DNA of 64,000 nucleotides from Tubulanus polymorphus (Eukaryota; Animalia; Nemertea): NCBI RefSeq assembly GCF_964204645.1, contig NC_134025.1, positions 1,240,001 to 1,304,000 of the forward strand, read 5' to 3'. Shown piece by piece: positions 1 to 27,700 of this stretch (position 1 is its first letter; each line of letters starts with the position of its first letter). The notes under the pieces were generated by a model. It saw only the letters and a program-made list of their open reading frames with translations, ran no database searches and was not told where the DNA came from. The position numbers and the translations under genes were made by a program.

Positions 1-1259
1 GTATAAATGTTCATTTTCCTATGTTTTCCTGTAATTGCAGCTGATTTACATGCAGTTGGAAACCAAACTGAATTATTGATGTTTATGATACTCAGTGATC
101 TAATGCGAGAATATTTTCAAACGGAAATAAAAGAGGCGATACAGTATTCTAACGCCATTAATTCATGGGTATTAAATATCTGTAACCGGGCTATAACTCA
201 TTACATCGCCATAATTGAATGGCGTAGCGGGGCTGATCCGATTCGACGAGGTTGCCACCACTGCGGGGGACGCGCGCGCGATTCGTGGTGTCGCAAACCT
301 AATGGTTAACATTCTTCCTATTTCAAAAAACAGATCTATTCGTGAATTTCTGCCATCTTTGAAAAAGCATTCTATCGAAAATGTCCCGAACTAGAAGCAC
401 TTCATCATCCTTCCAGCCGTTCTCATTTAGCCTTTCGTACGCCATTATTCAATCAAGAAATAAAATTCCACTTTCCTCCTGTCTGGGCAAACTTCCTCGA
501 TGTGACGATGCAGGATGTATCAGTTACACATTTCTAGATGTATCGACCTAATGCGTAGGAGTCGCACATTTCCACATATATATTTCGATAAACCTTCATA
601 CGGTTTATTTTTATCATATAATTGCGATAATTTCGGCCTCTCCCCCATTTTATATATAGTTAACTATATTCATAAAAGAATCTGTTAAAAAGGAGATAAA
701 CGATAAAGATATATTATTATTACTATTATTATTATTATTATCATAAGAATCATCATCATTATCATTAACACTATCATTATCATTATCATGATTTAGATTT
801 TTAGATAACTATTTTCCCGAAAAAGCGTCGATTTGCGTGGAGATAAATTACTATTGTACAATGACATTCTCTATAAAATATCTCTAAAAATAGACTTTAA
901 TCTATTTCGCCCAAATGATAATATCCGGTGGCTATTTGTGGTGGCTATTTCTAGAAAATGAAGTTTTATGTAAAGGTTTCAAATTTCTACTCCGTTGGGA
1001 AAGTAAATTTTCTAGAGAAACAACATACATGTACATAATGTAAACCCGGTGGTATTAATGAAAATATTATGTTTTAGATTTTAATCGTGTCTTTTTAGAT
1101 GAAGAATAACTGAATCATAAATGAGCTTTTAAATAATTGGATCAAAATGATTACAGATTGAATTTCTTTAGAAATGACGCAGCGTGATTATTATTAAACA
1201 TGTTAAATAAATATGAAAATCTACGACCGTTCTAATTCGGTGACCGGTCGTTGTCAACT

Positions 1260-1280
1260 GTCTCTGTGGCGCAATCGGAC

Positions 1281-1326
<46 letters not shown>

Positions 1327-1333
1327 AGGGACG
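1260..1333 (+). tRNA. trnN-GTT: tRNA-Asn (anticodon GTT)
   Basis: GTCTCTGTGGCGCAATCGGACAGCGCGTTCGGCTGTTAACCGAAAGGTTGGTGGTTCAAGCCCACCCAGGGACG, 74 nt. Acceptor stem GTCTCTG/CAGGGAC, anticodon loop CT-GTT-AA, A and B boxes present. Nearly identical to the canonical metazoan tRNA-Asn. Confidence 0.97.
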
Positions 1334-1346
1334 AGGCAAGACTTAC

Positions 1347-1351
1347 TTTTT
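1347..1351 (+). terminator. RNA polymerase III T-run terminator of tRNA-Asn
   Basis: TTTTT begins 14 nt after the tRNA 3' end. Confidence 0.7.
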
Positions 1352-3440
1352 GTTAAAAAAGATTAATAAACCATTGTGTATTAGTCGCGTATATACAGAA
1401 ACATGAATGATGTAGAACTGTATGACGTGGAACCCTTAGAATAATCGCCTTTCTCTGACTCAATATTCTATTACCAAATCTGAGGACTGTTGAGATTTGG
1501 GAAAATCAATTATCCTCAAGTCAAGAATCTAAACTGTGTATGAAGTGATTTGGACTTGTGACATGGAGAGAGATTTGTCTCAGAGATGGAGGGAACCAGA
1601 GATCCAATGTGAGATATAACGGGGATCAATTTGCACATAGTTTGACGGGATTCCATGTTCTTCTCTTGTTTCGACTGAAGCCGATACTAAACTCTTAATA
1701 CATTAAGCTTGATTGCTCATTAACTTCCTCAGTCTATCTCTCTAATCACTGATATCAACCTAGTGTCCGTCCGATAAACAGCCCTTGTCCTTGGTAAATG
1801 CGTTAATAAATTCTGTTATCGACGGAATACGTGCGCTGGACGAAAAATGCCCAACGGACCCATAAATCTATAAAATAATGCATGGGCGGTCGATGTGGGC
1901 CGTATATTTATTGGTAAACTTGGTGATATGTCTTATAATTCTTTTTGTTTGACTATCAACAACGTTATTATTACATCGACTCCATTTCCAGACGCACAAA
2001 CTTCGTCTTAAATGTCTTTTGAACTAAATACCGCCAACTGATGAAACATTTTGTTAATTTTCTCTAGAAACTGTTTGAAAGAGATAACAAGATATTTCAT
2101 CTAGTGTGTTGGTTTCCTAATCTATTACATATAAATGCTTCTGGATCTGATTTATAATAAATGTTTACAGAAATAAAGACAAATCTTTATTTCTGATGGT
2201 ACCAACGACAGGGTAAAGTGAGTCGTTCCACCTTTTTCTATAAATACCGCTATATAGCTTTCTTTATAGCTATAGGTGTTTAGGGTCTTCTGAACTAAAT
2301 AAATGCTTAATTCTCTTAAATCTGGGACGAATCTTTGCATTCTTCTTAAATATTCAAAGAAAATACACTCCATAACGAAATAGTTTTATGAGTTATGTAT
2401 CATCGTAAATTTGCCAACATGTCAAATACATTTCCAATCCTAAAGGCTTTACCAATAAAGAGGGGATGCCCTGGAGAAACTGTGTATCATCAGCGAGCTC
2501 GTCTAGATAAAGATGAAAATGTAGTTGTTTTTACCAAATATCAATAGGCATTGACATCAGCACATGCGCGTAAAGTATGAATAATTGATCGTTCCAGAGG
2601 ATCTACGTATCATTTTACATCTCACTAACAATACACCCGACCATTAAATACTTAACATTCATCGTAGTTTTCTATTAACTAACGACACAATACGAACAGA
2701 ATTTTAAGTGAAACAATTATCTAAACAGATAGATAGATAGAGAGAAGAGAGAAGAGAGAGATTTATCTGTTTGTTTTTCGTGTCTCGAAAACGTGGTCAA
2801 AATGTTTTATAGCTTATTAACATAATATCTTATTTATTACGTCTGATGTATAAAGTTTCTATTTTGGTAAAATCGTGATACCGAGACTCGTTATCCTGTC
2901 ACAATCTAAATTACACTCACATCAGACCGCCGTGTGGCATTTTTGCTAAATTAGTTTTTCTAAGCGGATAATCTTTGACGCGTTTTCCACTACACGCCAC
3001 ACCATGACCAACGCATGATCATTTTTACCACATGCACAACTACACAATAGTTTAAAACGCACAGAAACCAATCTCAATTGAAATTGCATATTTACTTATC
3101 TTCCTATTCAGAAATTCAAGAAATTTAATCATACATTTTTTTCGACCTTCTCTTTGTCTCAGTGCGAAGGGATTGATATACGTATGATATGTGTCGCGTT
3201 TCTGGCTAGTGGGTGAATGTAGGATAAGGCCGTAGGTTCTAATTTGATTAATTTTCCATATTTTCACCTTATTGTGTCATATCATCAGCACACACACGCG
3301 TATGTACTGATATGTATACGAACACGTACTATAGAATATGTGGTAAATTGTCGCCGGAACTGCTACAAACTTCGGGGAATTATAACAACCGTAAATGGGA
3401 AGAACAATTGGTTTAAACGAGAAGGGAGGTGAAGAAAAGA

Positions 3441-3613
3441 GAAGAGAGAGAGGGAGAGAGAGGGAGAGAGAGGGAGAGGGAGAGGGAGAGGGAGAGAGAG
3501 AGAGAGGGAGAGAGGGAGAGAGGGAGAGGGAGAGAGGGAGAGAGAGAGGGAGAGAGGGAGAGAGGGAGAGAGGGAGAGAGAGAGGGAGGGAGGGAGGGAG
3601 GGAGGGAGGGAGG

Positions 3614-3706
<93 letters not shown>
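3441..3706. repeat. (GA)n/(GGGA)n polypurine microsatellite
   Basis: Visible directly. It explains the spurious ER/SL-repeat ORFs. Confidence 0.97.
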
Positions 3707-3708
<2 letters not shown>

Positions 3709-4465
3709 TGTGTCAATGGTGGATAATGTTATGTATCTGTCATTAACGATGTGAACATTATCAGAGAATTATTCTACTGTCTCTGCGCTTAGCTCCATAT
3801 ACCAAGTTCACTGTCGCCTAGCTGTGTATAAGATAATACTATAGATTAGCTATCTAATCCGCTGTAAAGTCCTAAATTAATTTGATTTCATATAAAGCGA
3901 TGAAGCGGATATTCTAGTGTGGTGATTCAAACGCAAAAAGTGGTTCTATGTTTCATGCTCTGATCTTATTTCTAATTGCCCAATGTTTTATATCTGTAAT
4001 AACATAAAGTCTGTTGAGATATCTTATGTTACGGACTGTAAATAAATATCATTACCATTATGAATAAAACATTTTCCATTTCGGCCGAATTTCATTGTGT
4101 GATAGAAAAATAGATAGACGAAAAGATAGACTGCACTGTTACTTTAATCGCTGATTCAATCTTATTCAAAATATAGGATTTAAAGTATGTACCTCGAAAT
4201 GATCATTTAGAATGACGGATTTATTGAAGCTCACATTTTTACAACATGTTTTAAATGTCAAATAGTTATGTATATAGATCTATTACACGTTATACTGATT
4301 ATCAGTAAATAGTAAATGATGATATTTATTCTGGTTAAAAACATTCTGTTCAGCGCAGAATTCAGTAAAATGCATCCTCATCAACTACCAATTGACAATA
4401 CAATTATAACCATGTCTGATAGAGTACACTCGGGATATCGAGTTGCCTTGAATGTAAATATACTC

Positions 4466-4621
4466 TCAAAACCTTCCAACCGATTGGGAAATCACTGAAA
4501 AATCTGTCATGAATAAAAATAAGGATAAAAGAAAGAACAATAACTTACCGGTATTCCACGAGTAACAAACAGTCACTGAAATACACATTAAAACTGCAAA
4601 CAATGCCATGTAAGCCTTCAT
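4466..4621 (-). CDS. Putative 33-aa secreted peptide precursor (coding exons 4621-4549 and 4494-4466): MKAYMALFAVLMCISVTVCYS-WNTVISQSVGRF
   Basis: An acceptor ttccatacag lies just upstream of the ATG. The N-terminus is a hydrophobic signal peptide ending VCYS. Donor G|gtaagt at 4548, pyrimidine-rich 54-nt intron ending tttttcag, stop at 4466, AATAAA on the minus strand at 4220-4225. Confidence 0.6.
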   Translation of the reverse strand: MKAYMALFAVLMCISVTVCYSWNTGKLLFFLLSLFLFMTDFSVISQSVGRF

Positions 4622-4676
4622 ATTGCTGAGAAATTTAGTTGTCGAAATCTGTATGGAATAAATGTGAAATCGTGAA

Positions 4677-4718
4677 TGCTGCTGCTGTTGCTGCTGCTGA
4701 TGCTGCTGATGCTGCTGA
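4677..4718. repeat. Imperfect (CAG/CTG)n trinucleotide repeat
   Basis: gctgctgctgttgctgctgctgatgctgctgatgctgctga. It lies upstream of the splice acceptor at about 4650, so it is probably intronic. Confidence 0.85.
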
Positions 4719-5679
4719 CTCTTGTCCTGCGCTAGTTTTACTAACGTTCGTTTATGTGTATAGTGTCGTGTTGTCAAAGCGTGTTATCCCCTTCTTGGGA
4801 GTCTGCAGTCGAAGCGAGCTTTCACTGGATGTGCGCTGCAACCGTATCGGATCAACCACTGATGGCGGGGGTCGCAGGTTTCAGCGTGTATGTAGCTGAT
4901 GATTGGCAGAGACATATGAAACGACATTGATCCAAACCGTCACCCAATAATAAACTTTCCATCAGAGTTTCTACAAACTTTCTATACCCTCGACGATTAT
5001 TCAACTACACGATTTGATTTTACACGTGAATTCTACCCGCGTTTATTTACCACGAAATAATTTCTACATTTTTTTCCTAAAATCATCATTACACGATTAA
5101 CAGAACGAATGACTTATACTTAATGTCACCGCTATTGGCAAAATGTTTTTATTGGAATAACAATAATTTCATCTGAATACGTAGTTACGTATAGTATTTT
5201 GTCAGAGGCAAAATCCGTGTATGCCGCAATGTAATTCAATATAGGCGAGGGAAAACTAAGACTATTTGATGCGGTTTTAGCCCGTAACATTAAGTGTCAC
5301 AGTCAGTAGTACTACTTTAACAGTAAGAAATTGAATAAGACTTAACCCACATATATATAAACTGTCAAATACAGTAGTATCCGCTGGTGGTCATAGAGAC
5401 TTTTACTATCGTGCGTCATATCTTCGGAATAAGTTACACTACCATTTACATTTTAGTCCACCCGTAGACGCATATCTTTGTCACAGCTTATTCTCAAATA
5501 CTGCCTCTTTTTTGTCCATTTGTTATTTTACATTATCATTGCAATTGTAAATCAAAGAACATATTATGGAATTATGGTAATACAAAAATTATTAGCATTA
5601 TCATTATTGTTACCAAATGTTGTCTTTCATCATAAACAAGTTATGTTCGAGCAGTAAACGTGTGTTGGGTTTTTCATTT

Positions 5680-5864
5680 TTTTCCACTGTGGCTTACAAT
5701 GGATAATTTCAATTTTCCACTGTGGCTTACAATGGATAATTTCAATTTTCCACTGTGGCTTACAATGGATAATTTCAATTTTCCACTGTGGCTTACAATG
5801 GATAATTTCAATTTTCCACTGTGGCTTACAATGGATAATTTCAATTTTCCACTGTGGCTTACAA
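5680..5864. repeat. 33-bp minisatellite, about 5.5 copies
   Basis: Unit ttttccactgtggcttacaatggataatttcaa. Confidence 0.95.
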
Positions 5865-6691
5865 TAAAAAAAAATGTGTTTCATTGTTTCATAAATAATC
5901 AATAGTTTAAAGTTTTAGAGTTTCTATTTGTTCGTATATTTGTATCCCGTGAATCGTAAACTGTGATGAAGTCAATAATAAACATACAATTCTTTTCATC
6001 GTTACATCAACTGTTGCTTTACATAATCAAGAATTATTGCCGTAAAATCCAGCGGGAGTTTGGACTAAATGGAACCAACGAGTCGTATAACTGCCCAAAA
6101 AATATTCAACTTCTATCAATAAAGCCCGGTTTACTGCATAATCAACTACTTACTTCGAAGATTGATCACATACGACTCTAGTATTTCTATACTGAGCACC
6201 ATAAAAGAACCACTGCCTGAAAACTTAGCGACGCGTGAAAAAAAACGCATTGAGATCGATCTCTATCGCTGGCCGTAGCAGTTTTTAACGCGATTCGATG
6301 TGGCGTGATTTTTGTTTCCGTTATTTTTCGTTGGCGATAACATTCTGACAGAATGTGACAGACTGTCGCCGGCTGAGCGTTATCTCCTACAACCTAGTCG
6401 TGAAAATGGCAGCTTCATTCGTGGTGAATGGACAACTGACAGCGGATAAACTGATCTTTAAAAAGTAACGACGTTCCTTACAGTCAGTTCTCGCTGTGGT
6501 TGAGATCACACACAGTGCGCTGTCACATGCAGAAGCACGCAGTCTAAAAACCAGTTACTTTCATATCTGGATGTAGTCAATTAGCAGCCAACAGAAATTA
6601 ACCCCAATCAGCAGCCGCTTATCGGCTCAGACTGAAGATTGTTTAACACGAACTAGAACAGAAATTTTAGAACCCTTCAATTGAAACAGAA

Positions 6692-21103
<14,412 letters not shown>

Positions 21104-21742
21104 CGTCACAACGCGTCATATTAGACGCCAACTGCGGCGTTTCACTTCAGTTCAGCGACGACCTCGACAGCCAGCATGACGCGCTGTGACGTCACGGACC
21201 AGACGGCAGTATGTTCATTTAGAAATAAAGCCGTGTCGTATAATCTATTTGATCCAGTCATCTTTTAAATATTTCTTTCCTCGCAATGAAGTCTGAATAG
21301 TAGTGAACAACCAGAAATAACACACGGAATAGAAATAGAATATAAATACATTTATTGAATTTGCACTGCAAATCATGATATATAAAAGTAAAATATTTAA
21401 TCAAGAGATCTAGATAGAGTTCCACGATAACATTAATAATGTCCTTTCCGTACAGATCAGTCATGTTAGGGTTCTACGCCGTCATAGAAATGTCAAACTG
21501 TGACAATATGACGTACAGATGTAGATTGTAGACATACTTTTGGACTAAAATATTACATGAAATAATGAAATTATCACTAATAATCATCTGAACAAATACT
21601 GTACAATGTGGTTATATATATGAACTACTCTAACACGAGGAGACCAGCTCCAACCATTTCCGTTAAATATTATTAGAGAGACGTGTGTAAAAGGCTCAGT
21701 TCCTGTTGGATGAATCAGTGATATTTGTCTAACAGTTGTCGA

Positions 21743-24700
21743 TCATGAGATTGATGATACTGTTTTTGAAGGTATAACGACTCCTTGTTTACGTAATTCT
21801 TCTAAAACGTCTAAAATCGCGTCTAATTCCGAACGAAATCTTTCGATCTCGCGGTTCTTCACGTCGATGACTTGTCTCCATTTCGCGACCTCTTTCGCCA
21901 TATCGTCGGTGGCTATCTGTTTATTTTTGAATATAATCTGTTTCAATTCGCTTTCTCGCGATTCGTGCTTTCGTTCTAAATCTCGGATTTTATCCAATAA
22001 CGAATCGAAATGTCGCATCTCCTGCAAACAAACCGCAAACACAATTAATCCAGTGATAATAAAAAAATGCAGCGTTTCAATTCATTGCAAGATTTTTAGT
22101 CATGGCAACCACTAGTGCCTCAATGAGACCTGTATTTTTGTTGCACATTCGCACTAAAACTGCGGATTGATTGAGGTCTGGTTATCTCTCGCAGTTCTAG
22201 TTAAAATTCATCGGATTCATCTATTCACAAGTCATTCCGCATCCATATTGACTCTGTAGTGCAGAAAGGGGCTTTAGAGGTACTCACAGCGCAGAGAGGG
22301 GGTTTAGAGGTACTCACAGCGCAGAAAGGGGCTTTAGAGGTACTCACAGTGCAGAGAGGGGGGTTTAGAGGTACTCACAGCGCAGAGAGGGGGGTTTGGA
22401 GGTACTCACAGTGCAGAGAGGGGGGTTTAGAGGTACTCACAGTGCAGAGAGGGGGTTTAGAGGTACTCACAGTGCAGAGAGGGGGTTTAGAGGTACTCAC
22501 AGTGCAGAGAGGGGGGTTTAGAGATACTCACAGCGCAGAGAGGGGGGTTTAGAGGTACTCACAGCGCAGAGAGGGGGTTTAGAGGTACTCACAGCGCAGA
22601 GAGGGGGTTTAGAGATACTCACAGCGTAGAGAGGGGGTTAAGAGGTACTCGCAGCGCAGAGAGGGGGGTTTAGAGGTACTCACAGCGCAGAGAGGGGGGT
22701 TTAGAGGTACTCACAGCGCAGAGAGGGGGTTTAGAGGTACTCACAGCGCAGAGAGGGGGTTTAGAGGTACTCACAGCGCAGAGAGGGGGGTTTAGAGGTA
22801 CTCACAGCGCAGAGAGGGGGGTTTAGAGGTACTCACAGCGCAGAGAGGTGGGTTTAGAGGTACTCACAGCGCAGAGAGGGGGTTTAGAGGTACTCACAGC
22901 GCAGAGAGGGGGGTTTAGAGGTACTCACAGTGCAGAGAGGGGGTTTAGAGATACTCACAGTGCAGAAAGGGGGTTTAGAGGTACTCACAGTGCAGAGAGG
23001 GGGTTTAGAGGTACTCACAGCGCAGAGAGGGGGGTTCAGAGGTACTCACAGTGCAGAGGGGGTTTAGAGGTACTCACAGCGCAGAGAGGGGGTTTAGAGG
23101 TACTCACAGTGCAGAGAGGGGGTTTAGAGGTACTCACAGCGCAGAGAGGGGGGTTTAGAGGTACTCACAGTGCAGAGGGGGTTTAGAGGTACTCACAGCG
23201 CAGAGAGGGGGGTTTAGAGGTACTCACAGCGCAGAGAGGGGGGTTTAGAGGTACTCACAGCGTAGAGTGGGAGGGTTAAAGGTACTCACAGGTTTGTGGC
23301 TTCGTTTTGCTTCTTTCAGATCATCGAGTAAGGTTTTAATTTGGTTTTCGAGTGTTGTTTCTTTGATCTTTAAAACGGGTAATTGTTCTACAGCAGTTTG
23401 AGCGTTATTGAACTTTTCACGTAAATGAGTCAACATAATCTACAATCAAAACATCAATCAATAAAACACGACGTTAAAACAGTTGACGCTATCTAAACTG
23501 GTGGAAACTATTAATCCACGTAGCGTGATTCATGATTTGAAAGTTGTGTCGCTGATGATGCTACTTACCTGTTGTGCATCTACTTTACTCTGTAACTCAG
23601 CGACTTTAGAAGCTGAATGTTCTACGGCGTTGGTCGTTTTAACTCGAATAATTTCATTCTCATGAAATCGTTTCATTTCATTCATCTATAATAGAATAAA
23701 CTCTAGATAAAAACATCGGGTCCAGTCGTACAGTCGTGACTTCAAATCCATCGGATCTTGAATGAATAATATGTACAAGATTATAAACATAATTTCTTTG
23801 GACATAATTTCATACATAAATAGACATTAGACTGGTCTGAAGTTGTTAGGATTAAGACGGTCTTAGATCAAAGCTATAACTCTGATTATATAACAACTGA
23901 TTATTTCAATCACTCGATATTGTAAATGATTTCTGTCACATTGATTGATACCTGTTCTTGCATGTGTTGTTGTAGATTTTTAATTTCTCGTTGTTTTGTT
24001 TCTGCGTTGATTTGTAAATCGTGTTTACATTGTTCGATTTCTAGCGTCAATCGGTCTATTTTCAGTTGTAAATCCTCTTTCTCGCGGATAACGTCGCTGA
24101 TGTGGAGACCTTTGAATAATTCTGGTTCGTACTGACGAGAAGGAGTCGATTCACGCGATTCTCGACGTGGAGACTTCCTGCCACTGATCGCTGCCGGATA
24201 ATCATCTAATTAAAATGAAACATTCATATTACACACACTATTCAAATGCATCTACAGTAAACCTCACCCTAACTCTAAAAGCAAAATAGATTTTCAAATC
24301 TTTAACTCGGACTTTGCCGAACTCATAGTTCATTTGGCAGCGGTGCCAGTTTGTCCGAGTTATGCCCGGATCTGTAATTCTCTCACCTCGACCGTGTCTG
24401 TTTTGATGTAAATTTGTATCTATAATGATCTGCTGTTTTTCTCTACGTATTCGTTCTAGACTCGTTTGAACCGCTAACACTTCACGATCTTTCCGACTCA
24501 ATTCACATCCCAACTCTTTGATTTTCAACTGAAGTTCAGTTTCATTGTCTTTCAACGTTTGCAGTTCATTTTTCATGTTTGCTGAAAATAGAAAGCATTC
24601 TTTTCTATCACTCAACGTATCGAGCGCTACCCAGGGCATCATCAGCCGGTTCCTGGTTTCTTTATCCCGTCGATATAAGGGACAGATTCCCGAGAAGAAA

Positions 24701-27700
24701 CTCTGTCGCCTCCAGGATTCAAACCTGTGAAGTCTCTGCATCTTTCTTTCCTCGCTTGATTGAAGATTCTGATTGATTGAAGATCGGAATCCGGATCAGA
24801 ATAACCCAGATTAACGGGGTTTGACTGTAGTTTTATTTTTACCTGTAGCCTTGTTTTTAGCCATCGATAAATCTTTATTAAGACGTTCGATTATTGAATC
24901 TTTTTCGGCGAGTTTTTTACGAGAACGTTCTCGGACCGTGTCTAACTCTTTCTGTAACGCTGTAGTATGAGTGAAAGGACGACTGTCGCCGGATGATGAA
25001 CGAGTCGTTGTAAATCTAGACAACTGTTCTTCTAATTCATTTATACGTTCATCATACTGAAACTAACAATTCAATATCATCATCATTAACCATCGATATG
25101 AGACAGAATTATTGTAACACGTAAATCCGTGAAAAATATAATAACTCCATGATTAAATGATCCACCAGCTCCCGATGATGGATTCAGCCGAAACATTGAA
25201 AGTCAATAACATTATTATCAAAATTTGATCATAATTTTGAACTTTTACACTACTTGGGCCTGAGGGGTCACCCAAAGGTACGTATCTAACAAAACAGGCC
25301 ATTCATAAAGTCCATACATGCTCAAGGGGAGGAGACAATAGGGTCATTGACAGTGCGGTGTATGAATCGGTGATGGATTTTGCTAGAACACCGCACTGCA
25401 GTGTATTGATGTAATAAGTTATTAGTTTTTATCTCTATTGAAAGATGGCAGCACCTATCAAAAATAGTGAAATATTAGCAACTAACGATACACCACGCCG
25501 CAGTGTAGACGCACTGTAGTGGTATTCCCTTTATTCAGCACACTAGGGCGGAATTTTTAAAAATTTCCAAATCATCTCCAGCACTATAAGGGTATTGATT
25601 AGTCAGCACTAAAAGGGTTAAACTGCACACATAAAGATTGAAAATCATCGATCAATCATCAGACATGATTGATCGATGATTTTGTATATATTTCATACCT
25701 TCATTGATGTATATTTCTGTTCTAAAACTCGTAAACTTCTTTTACCGTCGTCCGATTTTTCGTCTAATTCTTTCTCTAATTGTTTAACTCGGTTCTCTAA
25801 ATACTCGACAGATGGCGCTTTCACGTGGGGTCCGTCGGCAGACGCGGCGGCCCAAACTAACGCTTGAATCGAATTCGGATTCCTGCGTTTCATGATCGTC
25901 TCCATTTCCTTCACCTAAACACAACAGATATAGATATAAATTAATTATTGTTTCGAAATGTTTCTTGTTTTGTGGTCATCATCAAAAAACTCTTTGCACG
26001 CTGTAAGGCTTTACCTGTCTCTCTAAATCCTGAATACGTTTAGTATCTGCAGCTTTCTCTTTAGTTCGACTCTGCGTTTCTAATCTCTTCTCTCCACTCT
26101 ATAACAAAACATTGATTATTCACGGTTTTTCACAGGACTCAGTTCCACAGTTGTGGGTTGAATTTGACTTTAGAGTCAAAACATCGAAAATGAACTCATT
26201 TTAACTCAGAGTTAACTCTAACTCTAACTGCGGAACCGGGCCCAGATTTTTACGCAATAAAATGATTAAAACAGGTGTGATTTTACTACCTGTGATTTTA
26301 ATGAATCTAATTGATCTTTCAAACTGCGGATTTCGTTGTTTTTCTCTCTGATAATGTTCGTATCTCGATCGAGCAGTTCTTGATTCTCCGCGAACCATTT
26401 CAATTTTCGATTCAATCTTTCGACTTCTGTCTCCGTTTCTTTCTTTATTTCCTATTATTTTCATTATAAAATATCCACGTTAATAATGTCAGTCGGAACT
26501 CGAAAAATTGAGCGAATTTAAAAACTCCGAATTACCCGAATTTCATTATTAGCCGATAGTTTCGTAAATTGGACCTCTTCACCGAGTTCCTCTTTTTCCC
26601 TGACGATTTTTTCAATGTGAAATTCGAGTTCTTTTTTCGCTTGTTCTTGAACTTTCATTTCGTGTCGAAGAGTGTCTTCTTTTTTCTACAAAATTCATAG
26701 ATATTCACTTCAGTTAATAAGTAATAAGGTGAAATTTGATGATTTCAGTAACACGGCAACTGATGCGGTGATGACACGACACGAGTTTGGCTGTAATATT
26801 GTTAAACTACAGTTGACCAGATCAGTTTAATCTAGATTTCAATCTAGTCCGGCATCGCACAATCATTGGCTCCTTCAGTCTTTCGACCATGGATAAACAG
26901 CGCCGCAGAGAGTTCAGTTTAAATCCTAGCGTGTCTCTGAGCTCGCCTCAGAGTGGCTTTAGCACAAAAGTCCTGTTCAAAGTTTTTAAGTCCCAGCGTG
27001 ACTTGATGTCTCCACTGTGACCTATCCGCCGCTGAAGCCTCCCACGTTTCCTGATTTATGGAGCATGCCTTCATGTCTGGCATCGCACAAACGTCATCAT
27101 AATTCAGATGGTATTGATCTTGATGAAGCTGTATTTAAAGCGATGTAGTTACCTTTGCTTGTTTAATTTCTGCCTCTAATTGCGCTATTTTGCCGGCCCC
27201 TAACACAGCCGTTCCGCCACCCGCTGCTAATTGCTGTTGAGTTGAAGGTGATGTTATTACACCTTTATTTTTCAATTCTATTTCTTTACGTTCCAATTGA
27301 GCTCTACAAATATATCAAACATAAGGCTGAAAAAAATTGATACCTTGTTTCTTCGCTCTGCTGAGCTTAAAAGTTGACCCTGCCGGCCGCCTATCTACCC
27401 TATACATTACTTTTTTTAAAATCGTGATCAATTTTACCATAACAGACCCGGCCGCTATAGAAATGAACTGTTTATAAATTTTATCATATTTTACAAAAAT
27501 TACCCGGCCGCTGCGGAGAAACAAGGTATCATTTTTGTTTAGCCTAAAATCAGTAATTGCTCATTTCGATGATGAACTCCGTAAAACCTGTAATTTACCT
27601 GAGAGTCATTAATTCAGTTTGTAATCTCTGATTCTCTTTAAACATTCGTTCCTCCGTCACTTTATTCATCACTTGTATTCGTTTCATCTCGGAATAAAGT

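Noticed and set aside
2152-2510. Possible LINE reverse-transcriptase relic (LADDT-like motif; CIFFEYLRRMQRF) on the minus strand
   Set aside because: Too degenerate and frameshifted to support without a profile search.
3363-3754. ER-rich and SL-rich ORFs here and at 54461-54955 and 57796-58335, plus poly-I/L ORFs at 12383-12692
   Set aside because: Translations of GA/CT and TTA microsatellites.
4622-4777. Poly-Gln N-terminal extension of ORF 4466..4777
   Set aside because: The start is non-ATG, and the CAG tract lies upstream of a good splice acceptor at about 4650, so it is probably intronic.
22259-23290. About 30-bp periodic repeats here, and at 5680, 19114, 36105 and 56248, considered as CRISPR arrays
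   Set aside because: The units are contiguous with no unique spacers, there are no cas genes, and the context is eukaryotic. They are minisatellites.
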